A DNA stretch of 63,018 nucleotides from a virus (IMGVR_UViG_3300049075_000009:1-63018); one strand, 5' to 3'; shown: positions 34,035 to 41,021, counted from the stretch's first letter. Program-made: numbers and translations. Notes: generated by a model from the sequence alone, not told the origin.

Positions 34035-34278
34035 AGGGCTATGTTCCTTTCCTGCACAAGCTGGTAGAACAATCCCGGGTTTCGGTCAAGGCGTAGAGTG
34101 CGCTTGTAACCAGCCCGCGCCACCCATTTGCTATGACGAATGGACGTTTGAAGTCTGCTCCGGTATTGGTGAACGGGCCGCAGAGCAAACTCCACCTAAA
34201 CCGACCAATCAAAATGACGTTGGCTCATTTGGTCTTCTGCTACTGACCGCGCTGCTACTCTTGAAGCGCCTGTTTTAA
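33994..34278 (+). CDS. Small secreted Cys-rich protein with C-terminal hydrophobic anchor + basic tail (94 aa)
   Basis: ATG 33994 preceded by GAGGAG. Signal peptide MRRFARCFVLALLIGLCSFPAQA. Five Cys in the mature part. C-terminus GSFGLLLLTALLLLKRLF resembles a sorting signal. Confidence 0.5.
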   Translation: MRRFARCFVLALLIGLCSFPAQAGRTIPGFGQGVECACNQPAPPICYDEWTFEVCSGIGERAAEQTPPKPTNQNDVGSFGLLLLTALLLLKRLF

Positions 34279-34298
34279 GTTGTGTACCCGGTTCGTTC

Positions 34299-34332
34299 GG
34301 TAGGTGGTTCGGCTGGAGATGAGCCGCCTACC
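34299..34332. terminator. Imperfect hairpin between convergent genes (GGTAGG..CGGCT-7 nt-AGCCG-CCTACC)
   Basis: Nested 6-bp and 5-bp stems read in the sequence. Overlaps the repressor stop codon. Confidence 0.3.
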
Positions 34333-34783
34333 TCTTATAGCTCTTGCTGCTACCTGCGGGTTTTACTTCGCTGGTCGCCTCTTGTACGTTATCTGCAAGT
34401 ACCTGTTCGGATAGGTCGCCCTGCGGGAAATGAATGGTTTGGGCGGCTTGTTGGGCTTCTAATACTTCCAGCCTGTTAAATATTTCTGTAAAAATCTCCG
34501 GCAATGATGCCTCTAATAATAATCGCTCCACTTGAGATTGTTTTTGCATTTCCTGGGTTGCTCCAATCTCTTTTGAACCCTCACCAGTTAATAACCAGTG
34601 AAGTGAAGTTCTGGTTACGTTGCTGATTTCAATTATCTTATCCAATTCCGGTAAATTTTTCCCATCGCGCCACCCGTAGACAGCTTGACGGGTTATATTC
34701 AGCTTTTCGGCTAGGTTTGCTGCTGTTCGGCTTTCCGATGCCTCCATTATCCGGCTGAATAATTTCTCCCTATCAATACTCAT
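34328..34783 (-). CDS. CI-like repressor (XRE-family HTH), 151 aa
   Basis: Internal ATG 34783. TAANLAEKLNITRQAVYGWRDGKNLP is an HTH_XRE pattern. Divergent from the cro-like gene. No S24 peptidase-like C-domain visible. Confidence 0.75.
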   Translation of the reverse strand: MSIDREKLFSRIMEASESRTAANLAEKLNITRQAVYGWRDGKNLPELDKIIEISNVTRTSLHWLLTGEGSKEIGATQEMQKQSQVERLLLEASLPEIFTEIFNRLEVLEAQQAAQTIHFPQGDLSEQVLADNVQEATSEVKPAGSSKSYKR

Positions 34784-34793
34784 CTTAGAAAAA

Positions 34794-34860
34794 GTAAGCA
34801 ATGCTTCACTTTTTTGTTGACTTACCGTAAGCGGTGCTTTACACTCCCGCTTGTTAACAA
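34794..34860. promoter_or_regulatory. Operator-like repeats in the switch region
   Basis: GTAAGCAATGCTTCAC (34794-34809) and GTAAGCGGTGCTTTAC (34827-34842) match 13/16. Also a perfect palindrome TTGTTAACAA (34851-34860) and CTTACcGTAAG (34821-34831). Confidence 0.5.
34817..34845 (+). promoter_or_regulatory. Rightward promoter TTGACT-17 nt-TACACT (PR-like)
   Basis: -35 at 34817-34822 and -10 at 34840-34845. The second operator-like repeat overlaps the spacer and -10. Confidence 0.5.
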
Positions 34861-34883
34861 ATAAACGCGGAGCAAACTTTAAC

Positions 34884-35117
34884 ATGACGCCATCCTTAAT
34901 AAAAGTGCTAATTGAGCCACACGGCGGCATCAAGGCCGCAGCCAAGGCGCTTAACACCACGAAACAACAAATATCTATGGTCATCAATGGACACCGCGTT
35001 GACGAGCCTCTGCGGGAGAAGCTTGCTGCCTTTTTGGGTATGACCAAAGAAAAACTTTTTGATGATGAGTTTGAGGCGGTCATTGCCTACATGAACAACA
35101 AAAGGAAAGCCGCCTAG
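34884..35117 (+). CDS. Cro-like HTH regulator (77 aa)
   Basis: Internal ATG 34884. GGIKAAAKALNTTKQQISMVINGHR is an HTH pattern. Divergent from the repressor. Confidence 0.65.
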   Translation: MTPSLIKVLIEPHGGIKAAAKALNTTKQQISMVINGHRVDEPLREKLAAFLGMTKEKLFDDEFEAVIAYMNNKRKAA

Positions 35118-35134
35118 GCAAAGGAATCCACCCA

Positions 35135-35389
35135 ATGAAACTATCAAGCGAAGCAAGGAACGTCTTAAACGCTGAAGCCAGCCGTCAATTATTGGCTGAG
35201 GTGACGGAGAGCAAAGAGCACGAAGCGATTGTCCAGTCAATTGTGGCGGCAAAAGAATCTGAAACAGCAATTTTGCACAAGCCGCAGACAACCCCCGGTC
35301 AATACCAGACCAAAACGAACGGGCGCAATCAAACCATTGTGAGCCGTAAAGAAACGCCCTTTTCATATAACGGAATAGACATCGTTTAG
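35135..35389 (+). CDS. Hypothetical protein (84 aa)
   Basis: ATG ORF in the rightward early operon. Confidence 0.45.
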   Translation: MKLSSEARNVLNAEASRQLLAEVTESKEHEAIVQSIVAAKESETAILHKPQTTPGQYQTKTNGRNQTIVSRKETPFSYNGIDIV

Positions 35390-35399
35390 GAGCAAACTG

Positions 35400-35699
35400 A
35401 TGGCAACCGCAACTCAACTTTTCGACCAGCACATTGAAAGACGCTTTGAGGCGAGAGACAAGAGCTTTACTGAATCTGACTACAAATTCAACTGGTCTGA
35501 TGAAGAAAAGGCCATCGACCTCGCCTTGATGACTTTGGAGTTCGAGCAACATGGGCTGGATAAGAGGTTGTTTGATAGCAAGAGAGGCAGGGTGAATGCT
35601 GGGTGTAAAGAATGCGGCGCGCATTGCTTCCCTGAAGAAATCACCAGCACCAATCACCACATTGGCTGCGGGGGAGTTGTTGAATCGTTTCCATTTTAA
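35400..35699 (+). CDS. Hypothetical protein (99 aa) with CxxC...C motif
   Basis: ATG ORF. CKECGAHCFPEEITSTNHHIGCGG. Confidence 0.45.
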   Translation: MATATQLFDQHIERRFEARDKSFTESDYKFNWSDEEKAIDLALMTLEFEQHGLDKRLFDSKRGRVNAGCKECGAHCFPEEITSTNHHIGCGGVVESFPF

Positions 35700-35714
35700 G
35701 AAGGAATCAAACCT

Positions 35715-36026
35715 ATGGGATTTTTCAAAACCTACGGACAGGAATTGAGAGAGTTGCAGGAGTTGGTAAACGAATCCACGGGCAAACGCCTCAATTTCTT
35801 TGCCTCTTATTGGTCGGTCAAAGAAGTAGCTGCTTTTTTGGGCATAAGTGAAGAAACCGTTAACCATAGGCAAGCTGGCACAAAGGCAATTCCCTGCTAC
35901 CGATTTGGCGACCCTGGCAAGAGGCAGACGCTCAGGTTCAAAGCGATGGATGTCATCTCTTTTAGAGAAAAGATTGAGGCGAAGGCTAAGAAGCCAAGAT
36001 TTATAGAGCTGGCTGAGGCCAGTTGA
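35715..36026 (+). CDS. Excisionase-like HTH_17 DNA-binding protein
   Basis: WSVKEVAAFLGISEETVNHRQAGTKAIPCYRFG....RFKAMDVISF matches the excisionase/MerR-like HTH_17 pattern. Confidence 0.55.
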   Translation: MGFFKTYGQELRELQELVNESTGKRLNFFASYWSVKEVAAFLGISEETVNHRQAGTKAIPCYRFGDPGKRQTLRFKAMDVISFREKIEAKAKKPRFIELAEAS

Positions 36027-36047
36027 ACCCGATTCGCTGCCCCTTCT

Positions 36048-36066
36048 GCTCAAGGGTGGTCTGGAC
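36048..36066 (+). repeat. 19-nt direct repeat GCTCAAGGGTGGTCTGGAC (copy B)
   Basis: 18/19 identical to 31064-31082. Confidence 0.7.
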
Positions 36067-36257
36067 AACTGTCTTTGTTGTCGGTAGGGGCGGCGGAAAC
36101 TAAAAGAGGCAAGGAAATTGACGAGGCAACGAATCATTTTGGGGATTTTAATAATCCTGGCGATAGTTGCCGACTTAAGCGCTGGGAAGGTTGCATCAAG
36201 CCCCTTCATAGCTGCCGCCTTAATTTTACTGGCGCTGATGGGAAAGAGGGGAAAAGG

Positions 36258-36392
36258 ATGAAATTCAAAACTCACATCAGACAAATCGCCCACAGGGGAG
36301 ACAGTGAAAGTATCGCCACTTTCTATGCGGGTGTCAGCGCCATAGCTTTGGCTGTGGGCATAGCGGTGGTGATGTGGTTGGTTGGGTTTTAA
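36258..36392 (+). CDS. Possible small TM protein (44 aa)
   Basis: ATG 36258. ...IATFYAGVSAIALAVGIAVVMWLVGF. Weak evidence only. Confidence 0.3.
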   Translation: MKFKTHIRQIAHRGDSESIATFYAGVSAIALAVGIAVVMWLVGF

Positions 36393-36486
36393 CGGATTTA
36401 ACAACTTGTTGGCGGTCTCCCTGGGAAGCGGTTCGCACCCACTCCCCAACTCTACCGGAGACCCTGATAGATAGGAGACCTTAAAA

Positions 36487-36732
36487 ATGAGTAATGAAAA
36501 AGGATTTGAAAAATTGAACGCTGGGAAGGTTACGGTGAACTTAGCCGATGGAGATATAAGAGCATTGGATTTCATAGCTAAACAATTCTCCGAAACTTCC
36601 CCTAATCAAACCGAATTAGCCAGGGCGCTTTGTCGTGCTGGCGCTGACAGAGTAATCAGGGGCGACTTGAAGATTCAACAACTTTCAAAACATCTAAAAC
36701 AGTCGCCGGTGGTGCCGGGAGGTGTGGAATGA
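36487..36732 (+). CDS. Hypothetical protein (81 aa)
   Basis: ATG preceded by GGAGACC. Confidence 0.5.
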   Translation: MSNEKGFEKLNAGKVTVNLADGDIRALDFIAKQFSETSPNQTELARALCRAGADRVIRGDLKIQQLSKHLKQSPVVPGGVE

Positions 36733-37196
36733 AAAAGGAACAAGCAACCCTCACCTATGCTGACCACAGAGCCCTTGATGCCGAAATCGCCGTCAAGGTT
36801 ATGGGCTGGACTGTCTACCCTGAGAAGGCGCACCCAAGCGATAACCGAACCATCAATGACGTTCTCTACTGCCCCCCTGATTATCCATATGACAAAGGTT
36901 CGGCCAATGTCGTGCCTGAGTTTTCATCTGACATCGCCGCGGCGTTTACGGTAGTCGAACACTTGCGCCAGAAGTGGATTGCCGAAAAGCCCGAATACCC
37001 CAACTGCTTTGACATTGAAGACCGCGGGGCGCGTGGTTGGAAAGTCAGAATCTTCAAAGACGATGGCGAGAGATACGAAACAATCATTGCCGAGCCAGCA
37101 CCCACATTGATGCTGGCGATTTGCAAAGCGGCCTTGGCGCTGAAAGTTGAGCAAACAAATGGCGCAAATCGAGGCGAGGAGGTGAAGGGGTTATGA
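36729..37196 (+). CDS. Hypothetical protein, phage ABA-sandwich-domain-like (155 aa)
   Basis: ATGA coupling. DAEIAVKVMGW....FSSDIAAAFTVVEHL resembles the Phage_ABA_S family pattern (from memory). Confidence 0.45.
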   Translation: MKKEQATLTYADHRALDAEIAVKVMGWTVYPEKAHPSDNRTINDVLYCPPDYPYDKGSANVVPEFSSDIAAAFTVVEHLRQKWIAEKPEYPNCFDIEDRGARGWKVRIFKDDGERYETIIAEPAPTLMLAICKAALALKVEQTNGANRGEEVKGL

Positions 37197-37609
37197 GTAA
37201 TGAAATGCAAACAATCAGCGTCCCTAAAAAGTGCATCCCTGAAGGCGCTACCCTTGTCGAAGCCTACGAAACCGACAAGGAAATCATCGTCTGCGGTCAG
37301 CCCGAAGATGAACCAGATGCAACCGCTTTGACCGATGAAGAATTAACCCGATGGTACGAGACTGCTCATAACTGCGATGCAATGGGTTGCGGGAGTTTGA
37401 GTCACGTTATCTACAGGTTTCCCAAAGATATTAATGAGAAAACTCTGAACCTTGTGGATGCCTGCCACGCTGCCCTTGAGTATTTCGGAACCTGCGAGTG
37501 TCAACTTGAATCCTGTAGCAACTGTGGCTCTCGTTCAGCGCCAGCAAAACTTCGTGCAGCCCTCGCGCCATTGCAAAGCAAAGAGGAGGAGGTGAAAGGC
37601 GATGCCTAA
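37193..37609 (+). CDS. Hypothetical Cys-rich protein (138 aa)
   Basis: ATGA coupling to the upstream gene. Confidence 0.5.
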   Translation: MSNEMQTISVPKKCIPEGATLVEAYETDKEIIVCGQPEDEPDATALTDEELTRWYETAHNCDAMGCGSLSHVIYRFPKDINEKTLNLVDACHAALEYFGTCECQLESCSNCGSRSAPAKLRAALAPLQSKEEEVKGDA

Positions 37610-37886
37610 AGAAATGACCGTCAAAGAGAAAATGATTGAGAGCTTGGTCAACAAGGGGATGTGGCCTGACCAAGCCGAAGCGGTGTTTGCGGAAGCGTTA
37701 CCGAGACTGGAGCCCAAAGGTTACAAACTCACCTTGGACGCGCCTGCTTCTGATTATGGCGAGCCCGTTTATGTCGTCGCCTCTCTCGTTCTTGACGAAG
37801 TGGCGCTTGCTTATATTGACCAGCATTGCCCGCAGGCGTGGTTCCGTCCGATGTTTGCAAGGAAGGAGGAAATTGCCAATGTCTAA
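37602..37886 (+). CDS. Hypothetical protein (94 aa)
   Basis: Overlaps the upstream stop by 8 nt. Confidence 0.5.
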   Translation: MPKEMTVKEKMIESLVNKGMWPDQAEAVFAEALPRLEPKGYKLTLDAPASDYGEPVYVVASLVLDEVALAYIDQHCPQAWFRPMFARKEEIANV

Positions 37887-38253
37887 CAGCTACCCACCCG
37901 CAAAGCCCATAGGTTTCTGGAAGCGGTTCAAGCCGACGGAGTGCAGGACAAGCGACGATTGGCAGACAGCAAGGCAAGCGACCGCAATTCGCGCCATTTC
38001 TAATTCCCAATGTATAGATGCGGATTTGGCAAGCCAGCACCTATTTGAGTGCAACAGCATTGACCTGAACAGGAGCGCCAGCAACACTTTTATTGATTGG
38101 CTCAAGGCGCAACCCAGACAACTGCACCCAAGCCACGCGCTGAATTTTTGCAAAGAGCCCGAATGCTATCAACTCCTGGCGGTCAGTGGTGTTGGTGCCA
38201 GTTGCAGCAACGGCCATTTCTTTGAGGTGGTGACAGTAGGGGAGGTGGCGTAG
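37879..38253 (+). CDS. Hypothetical protein (124 aa)
   Basis: Internal ATG 37879 preceded by GGAAGGAGGA. Confidence 0.5.
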   Translation: MSNSYPPAKPIGFWKRFKPTECRTSDDWQTARQATAIRAISNSQCIDADLASQHLFECNSIDLNRSASNTFIDWLKAQPRQLHPSHALNFCKEPECYQLLAVSGVGASCSNGHFFEVVTVGEVA

Positions 38254-38700
38254 ATGGCTTCCTTATCAATCCAACCAATTAAATGGGATGAGGGCTGCGC
38301 ATTCATAGAGCAGCACCACTCACACCATAGACCGCCGCAAGGATGGCTCTTTGGGCTTGGTGTCAACGATGGCGAAAAGGTTGTAGGCGTGGCTATGGTC
38401 GGCAGGCCGGTAGCAAGAAGGCTCGATAACGGTCTGACGGCGGAGGTTACGCGCCTCTGTACGGATGGAACCAAAAACGCAGCCTCGAAACTCTACGCAG
38501 CTTGCCGCCGAGTCGTTTTGGCAATGGGCTATAAAAGGCTCATCACCTACACGCTGGCGACTGAAAGCGGTTGTAGTTTGGTGGCCGCTGGTTGGAAGCC
38601 GATTTGTTTAGCGGGTGGCGGTAGTTGGTCTGTACCTAGCAGGCCGCGAATTGATAGGCACCCTACTGAACAGAAACGATTATGGGAGGCCGCCCTATGA
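38254..38700 (+). CDS. GNAT-fold protein of the XF1762-like family (possible nucleic-acid-modifying acyltransferase)
   Basis: IEQHHSHHRPPQGWLFGLGV....VVGVAMVGRPVARRLDNGLTAEVTRLCTDGTKNAASKLYAA..R...AMGYKRLITYTL..ESG.SL.AAGW......GGGSWS.PSRPR matches my memory of this family consensus. Confidence 0.55.
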   Translation: MASLSIQPIKWDEGCAFIEQHHSHHRPPQGWLFGLGVNDGEKVVGVAMVGRPVARRLDNGLTAEVTRLCTDGTKNAASKLYAACRRVVLAMGYKRLITYTLATESGCSLVAAGWKPICLAGGGSWSVPSRPRIDRHPTEQKRLWEAAL

Positions 38701-38864
38701 CCGCCACACTCATTTTCTTAACCTTGGGCGCGGCTCTGGTTTTGGGGGCAATGATTTGGTTAAAGGGCAAGAAGAAGCCGAAGCGACCGGAGAGATTGCG
38801 TCTGGATAAAAACTTGAAGTCCATCAAAGAGATGATGGTGAAAAAAGGGATAGGTGTTAGGTGA
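38697..38864 (+). CDS. Small TM protein (55 aa)
   Basis: ATGA coupling. MTATLIFLTLGAALVLGAMIWL followed by a Lys-rich tail. Confidence 0.45.
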   Translation: MTATLIFLTLGAALVLGAMIWLKGKKKPKRPERLRLDKNLKSIKEMMVKKGIGVR

Positions 38865-39208
38865 TGATATTCACGGTTGTTATTCCTCAATGGTCAACAG
38901 GTGACGCAGGCAACACCTCGCTACTTGACCCTGTGACTCAAATGCGATGCTGCTTAGGTTTTGCGCTCAAGGATTGCGGCGTCCCTGATTCTGAGTTGGA
39001 AAACGTAGGCGACCCAGAGATGGTTGATTCACCTGAGGCTGAAAAGTTTGCCAGCATTTTCCTGAATGAGAGTGAGAACAATAACGAATTCACGAATAAA
39101 GCTATTGAGATAAACGATGCTGACCAGATAGACGATGATGAGCGCATGACTCGATTGCAAGTTCTAGCGAAGCAGTACGGTCACGAATTTGTATTCGTTG
39201 AACAATGA
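38864..39208 (+). CDS. Acidic hypothetical protein (114 aa)
   Basis: ATG 38864 (TGATG coupling). Confidence 0.5.
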   Translation: MIFTVVIPQWSTGDAGNTSLLDPVTQMRCCLGFALKDCGVPDSELENVGDPEMVDSPEAEKFASIFLNESENNNEFTNKAIEINDADQIDDDERMTRLQVLAKQYGHEFVFVEQ

Positions 39209-39286
39209 CCCAATTTTTGCGCCATCGGGTTTTGTGAGCGAGGAGAAAATTCCTGGCCGGGTGGCGCAGACGATTTTGGAGAGATT

Positions 39287-39424
39287 ATGAAAACTAAAAA
39301 GACCAATAGAAAAGCTTGGATGAAGCGCGATGCAGACCGCTTGCGCACCATCAACGCAATGTTACCTGAAGACAGAGAGGCTATTAAGGCAAGGCTTGAG
39401 AAACGTTTTCAACCCGGCAAATAA
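39287..39424 (+). CDS. Small basic protein (45 aa)
   Basis: ATG preceded by GGAGAG. MKTKKTNRKAWMKRDADRLRTINAML... Confidence 0.4.
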   Translation: MKTKKTNRKAWMKRDADRLRTINAMLPEDREAIKARLEKRFQPGK

Positions 39425-39503
39425 AGTGCCTCCACACTGATTTGCCGCCCCTCTAGTGAGGGCATCAGTTATGCATAGGTTTGGTGCCCTTGCTAGAGAT
39501 TTT

Positions 39504-39520
39504 TGATATTTGAAAATTTA
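39504..39520 (+). repeat. Motif TGATATTTGAAAATTTA (copy 1)
   Basis: Repeated as TGATATTTGAAAAGTTTA at 39717-39734. Each copy is followed 30-45 nt later by GGACAC...GCGAGGACT (39549-39557 and 39777-39785). Confidence 0.6.
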
Positions 39521-39599
39521 TGCGGCGGCGATGTGGAAGGACACATCAGCGAGGACTAATTACCCTCCCTGTATCGCGGTGAGAAACAGATGACACTCG

Positions 39600-39679
39600 C
39601 TCCGCGCCAAAAGGTCGGAGAGCCGACCCGCCGCAAAGTTGGCTGTCCTGTGACGGCCCGTATAGCCGGGGTTACGGAG
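39600..39679 (+). ncRNA. Two-hairpin element with local resemblance to a c-di-GMP-I (GEMM-I) aptamer; unverified
   Basis: CTCC...GGAG closing stem. Hairpin GGTCGG-AGAG-CCGACC, then CGCAAAG, hairpin GGCTG-8 nt-CGGCC, then TAGCCGGGGTTAC. Compare Vc2 as I recall it: ..GACGCAAAGCC..UAGCGGGGUUACC. Confidence 0.2.
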
Positions 39680-39716
39680 GCCAGAGGGTGCCCGGTACAA
39701 AAGACCTCTGGCTCAC

Positions 39717-39734
39717 TGATATTTGAAAAGTTTA
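39717..39734 (+). repeat. Motif TGATATTTGAAAAGTTTA (copy 2)
   Basis: See copy 1; 213 bp apart in the same orientation. Confidence 0.6.
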
Positions 39735-40029
39735 CTGGCTGACTCGTGGCAAACGGACACTTAGGGGTGTTAAACCGCGAGGACTTTGAACCGCAATCAA
39801 GTTGCAACAAGATTGTCTAGTAAGTGGAATCTGACGGTCAGCCGGTGCGCGCATTCCTTCGCGCTGCAAAGTCTGACATTTGCTTCCGGTGCTCACTCAT
39901 CTTGGTTGATAGGTGCTCTATCCGGCGGCGCGAGGGAAAAAGATTCGCAGAAGGTGTCAGTCGTAAGGTTCGTTCTCCTTGAGTTACCTGCACGGCATTT
40001 TCTGCGATGGATTTTGAAAAGAGGCAACT

Positions 40030-40239
40030 ATGGACACAGAAAGAATGACAAACGTGCTGGCGCTGGAGAGCAGGTACTTTGCTTTGGGCGGGGATTTGTT
40101 GGCGCTAAGAAAAGGGTTAAAAAATCAATTCGGCACTGACAAGGTGGGTGAGTTGAGTGCCAATCAATTCAAGGTCTATGAGGCGGATTTGCCAAGGTTG
40201 GTTGAGAACCAACGCTATGAGCGGTGGAAAGCTAATTGA
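40030..40239 (+). CDS. Hypothetical protein (69 aa)
   Basis: ATG ORF after the noncoding region. Confidence 0.45.
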   Translation: MDTERMTNVLALESRYFALGGDLLALRKGLKNQFGTDKVGELSANQFKVYEADLPRLVENQRYERWKAN

Positions 40240-40340
40240 GGGTTTGCCGCGCTGCTTTACTTCCCGTCACAGCGAGGGGCTATGTGTGGTGGCGCGGCAG
40301 AATATGAAAGAAGGAAAAACTAATGTTTACAGGGATTTTA

Positions 40341-40349
40341 TGCTATAAT
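40341..40349 (+). promoter_or_regulatory. Extended -10 promoter element TGcTATAAT
   Basis: Consensus TATAAT at 40344-40349 with TG at 40341-40342, 73 nt upstream of the HNH gene ATG. Confidence 0.45.
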
Positions 40350-40421
40350 GGACAAGCCGATAAGGTGTACCACCACCCTACCGGCCCTAACCAAACCATT
40401 GAACACTGGAGGTTCAAAAGC

Positions 40422-41021
40422 ATGGCTATACCTGAATTTACCACAGAAGAATTACAAACTGAAGAATGGCGCGATGTCGTAGGGTATGAAGACATTTATT
40501 CGGTCTCAAGCCTTGGCAGAGTGCGACGCGACTTAACGGTGAGAAAACATAAGGCTGGGAAGATTCTTAAACCTTGCACGTCCGGACGATATTCAAGCGT
40601 GACTCTTTGTTACCAGGGGAAGCAAAAAACATTTAACGTCCATCAACTTGTCGCTGCTGCCTTTATCGGCGAGTGCCCTGAAGGCATGGAAGTTAATCAT
40701 AAAAAACAACCTAAAACTAATAATCGCATTAGCAACCTTGAATATATTACACATATTCAGAACATTCGATTGGCCGTAAAAGAAGGCTTAACTGCTACTG
40801 GCGACCGACATTATTCAAGAACTCACCCCGAAAAATTGGCTCGCGGTGACCATCATGGGCAGTCGAAGATAAAAAACTGTGACACCCCGCGCATATTTGA
40901 ACTTAGGGCTTCAGGTTTAACGCTACATAAAATTGGTGCAATTTTTGGGGTTAGTCACACTCAAATTTGGAGAGTCTTGCGCGCTCAAAAAGCAAATCAC
41001 ATCTCACAAGGAGGCGCATGA
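40422..41021 (+). CDS. HNH homing endonuclease (NUMOD4 + HNH_3 + C-terminal HTH)
   Basis: ATG 40422 preceded by GGAGG. EEWRDVVGYEDIYSVSSLGRVRR (NUMOD4), VNHKKQPKTNNRISNLEYITH (HNH_3), LHKIGAIFGVSHTQIWRVL (HTH). Confidence 0.8.
   Translation: MAIPEFTTEELQTEEWRDVVGYEDIYSVSSLGRVRRDLTVRKHKAGKILKPCTSGRYSSVTLCYQGKQKTFNVHQLVAAAFIGECPEGMEVNHKKQPKTNNRISNLEYITHIQNIRLAVKEGLTATGDRHYSRTHPEKLARGDHHGQSKIKNCDTPRIFELRASGLTLHKIGAIFGVSHTQIWRVLRAQKANHISQGGA

Larger units (their letters stand above)
39425..40029 (+). other. ~600-bp coding-free, hairpin-rich region; candidate structured RNA(s)/regulatory leader
   Basis: Only implausible ORFs in any frame. Two copies of a 17-18-nt motif and several GC-rich stems (39437-39468, 39530-39547, 39613-39628, 39641-39658, 39680-39712). 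Confidence 0.5.

Noticed and set aside
36075-36392. 105-aa + strand ORF in the 36027-36486 gap
   Set aside because: Non-ATG start, no RBS, and an odd composition in its first two thirds. Only the last 44 codons (ATG 36258, TM-like) are retained, as a low-confidence feature.
34908-36575. A 555-aa ORF on the minus strand, the longest non-structural ORF in the window
   Set aside because: It is the in-phase antisense shadow of at least four + strand ORFs that all share codon phase 0 (cro-like 34884, 35400, the Xis-like gene 35715, and track ORF 36075). Two of these have recognisable HTH domains (cro-like, Xis-like). The translation is Leu/Ser/Arg/Phe-rich and low in complexity, as expected for antisense reading. 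It exists because in-phase TTA/CTA/TCA codons are absent from those genes. The stop-free length (1.67 kb at ~50% GC) is still statistically odd, and a codon-usage or Ribo-seq check would settle it.
39955-39990. T-arm-like string AAGGTTCGTTCTCCTT suggesting a tRNA
   Set aside because: The flanks cannot form a 5-bp T stem with a 7-nt loop, and I found no acceptor or anticodon arms. No tRNA was recognised anywhere in the window by eye; tRNAscan-SE or ARAGORN should confirm.
39556-40139. ORFs 39556-39810 (-) and 39786-40139 (+) inside the 600-bp region
   Set aside because: Non-ATG or weak starts, no RBS, Arg/Ser/Gly-rich translations that cut across GC-rich hairpins. The second overlaps the better ORF 40030-40239. 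I treat the region as noncoding.
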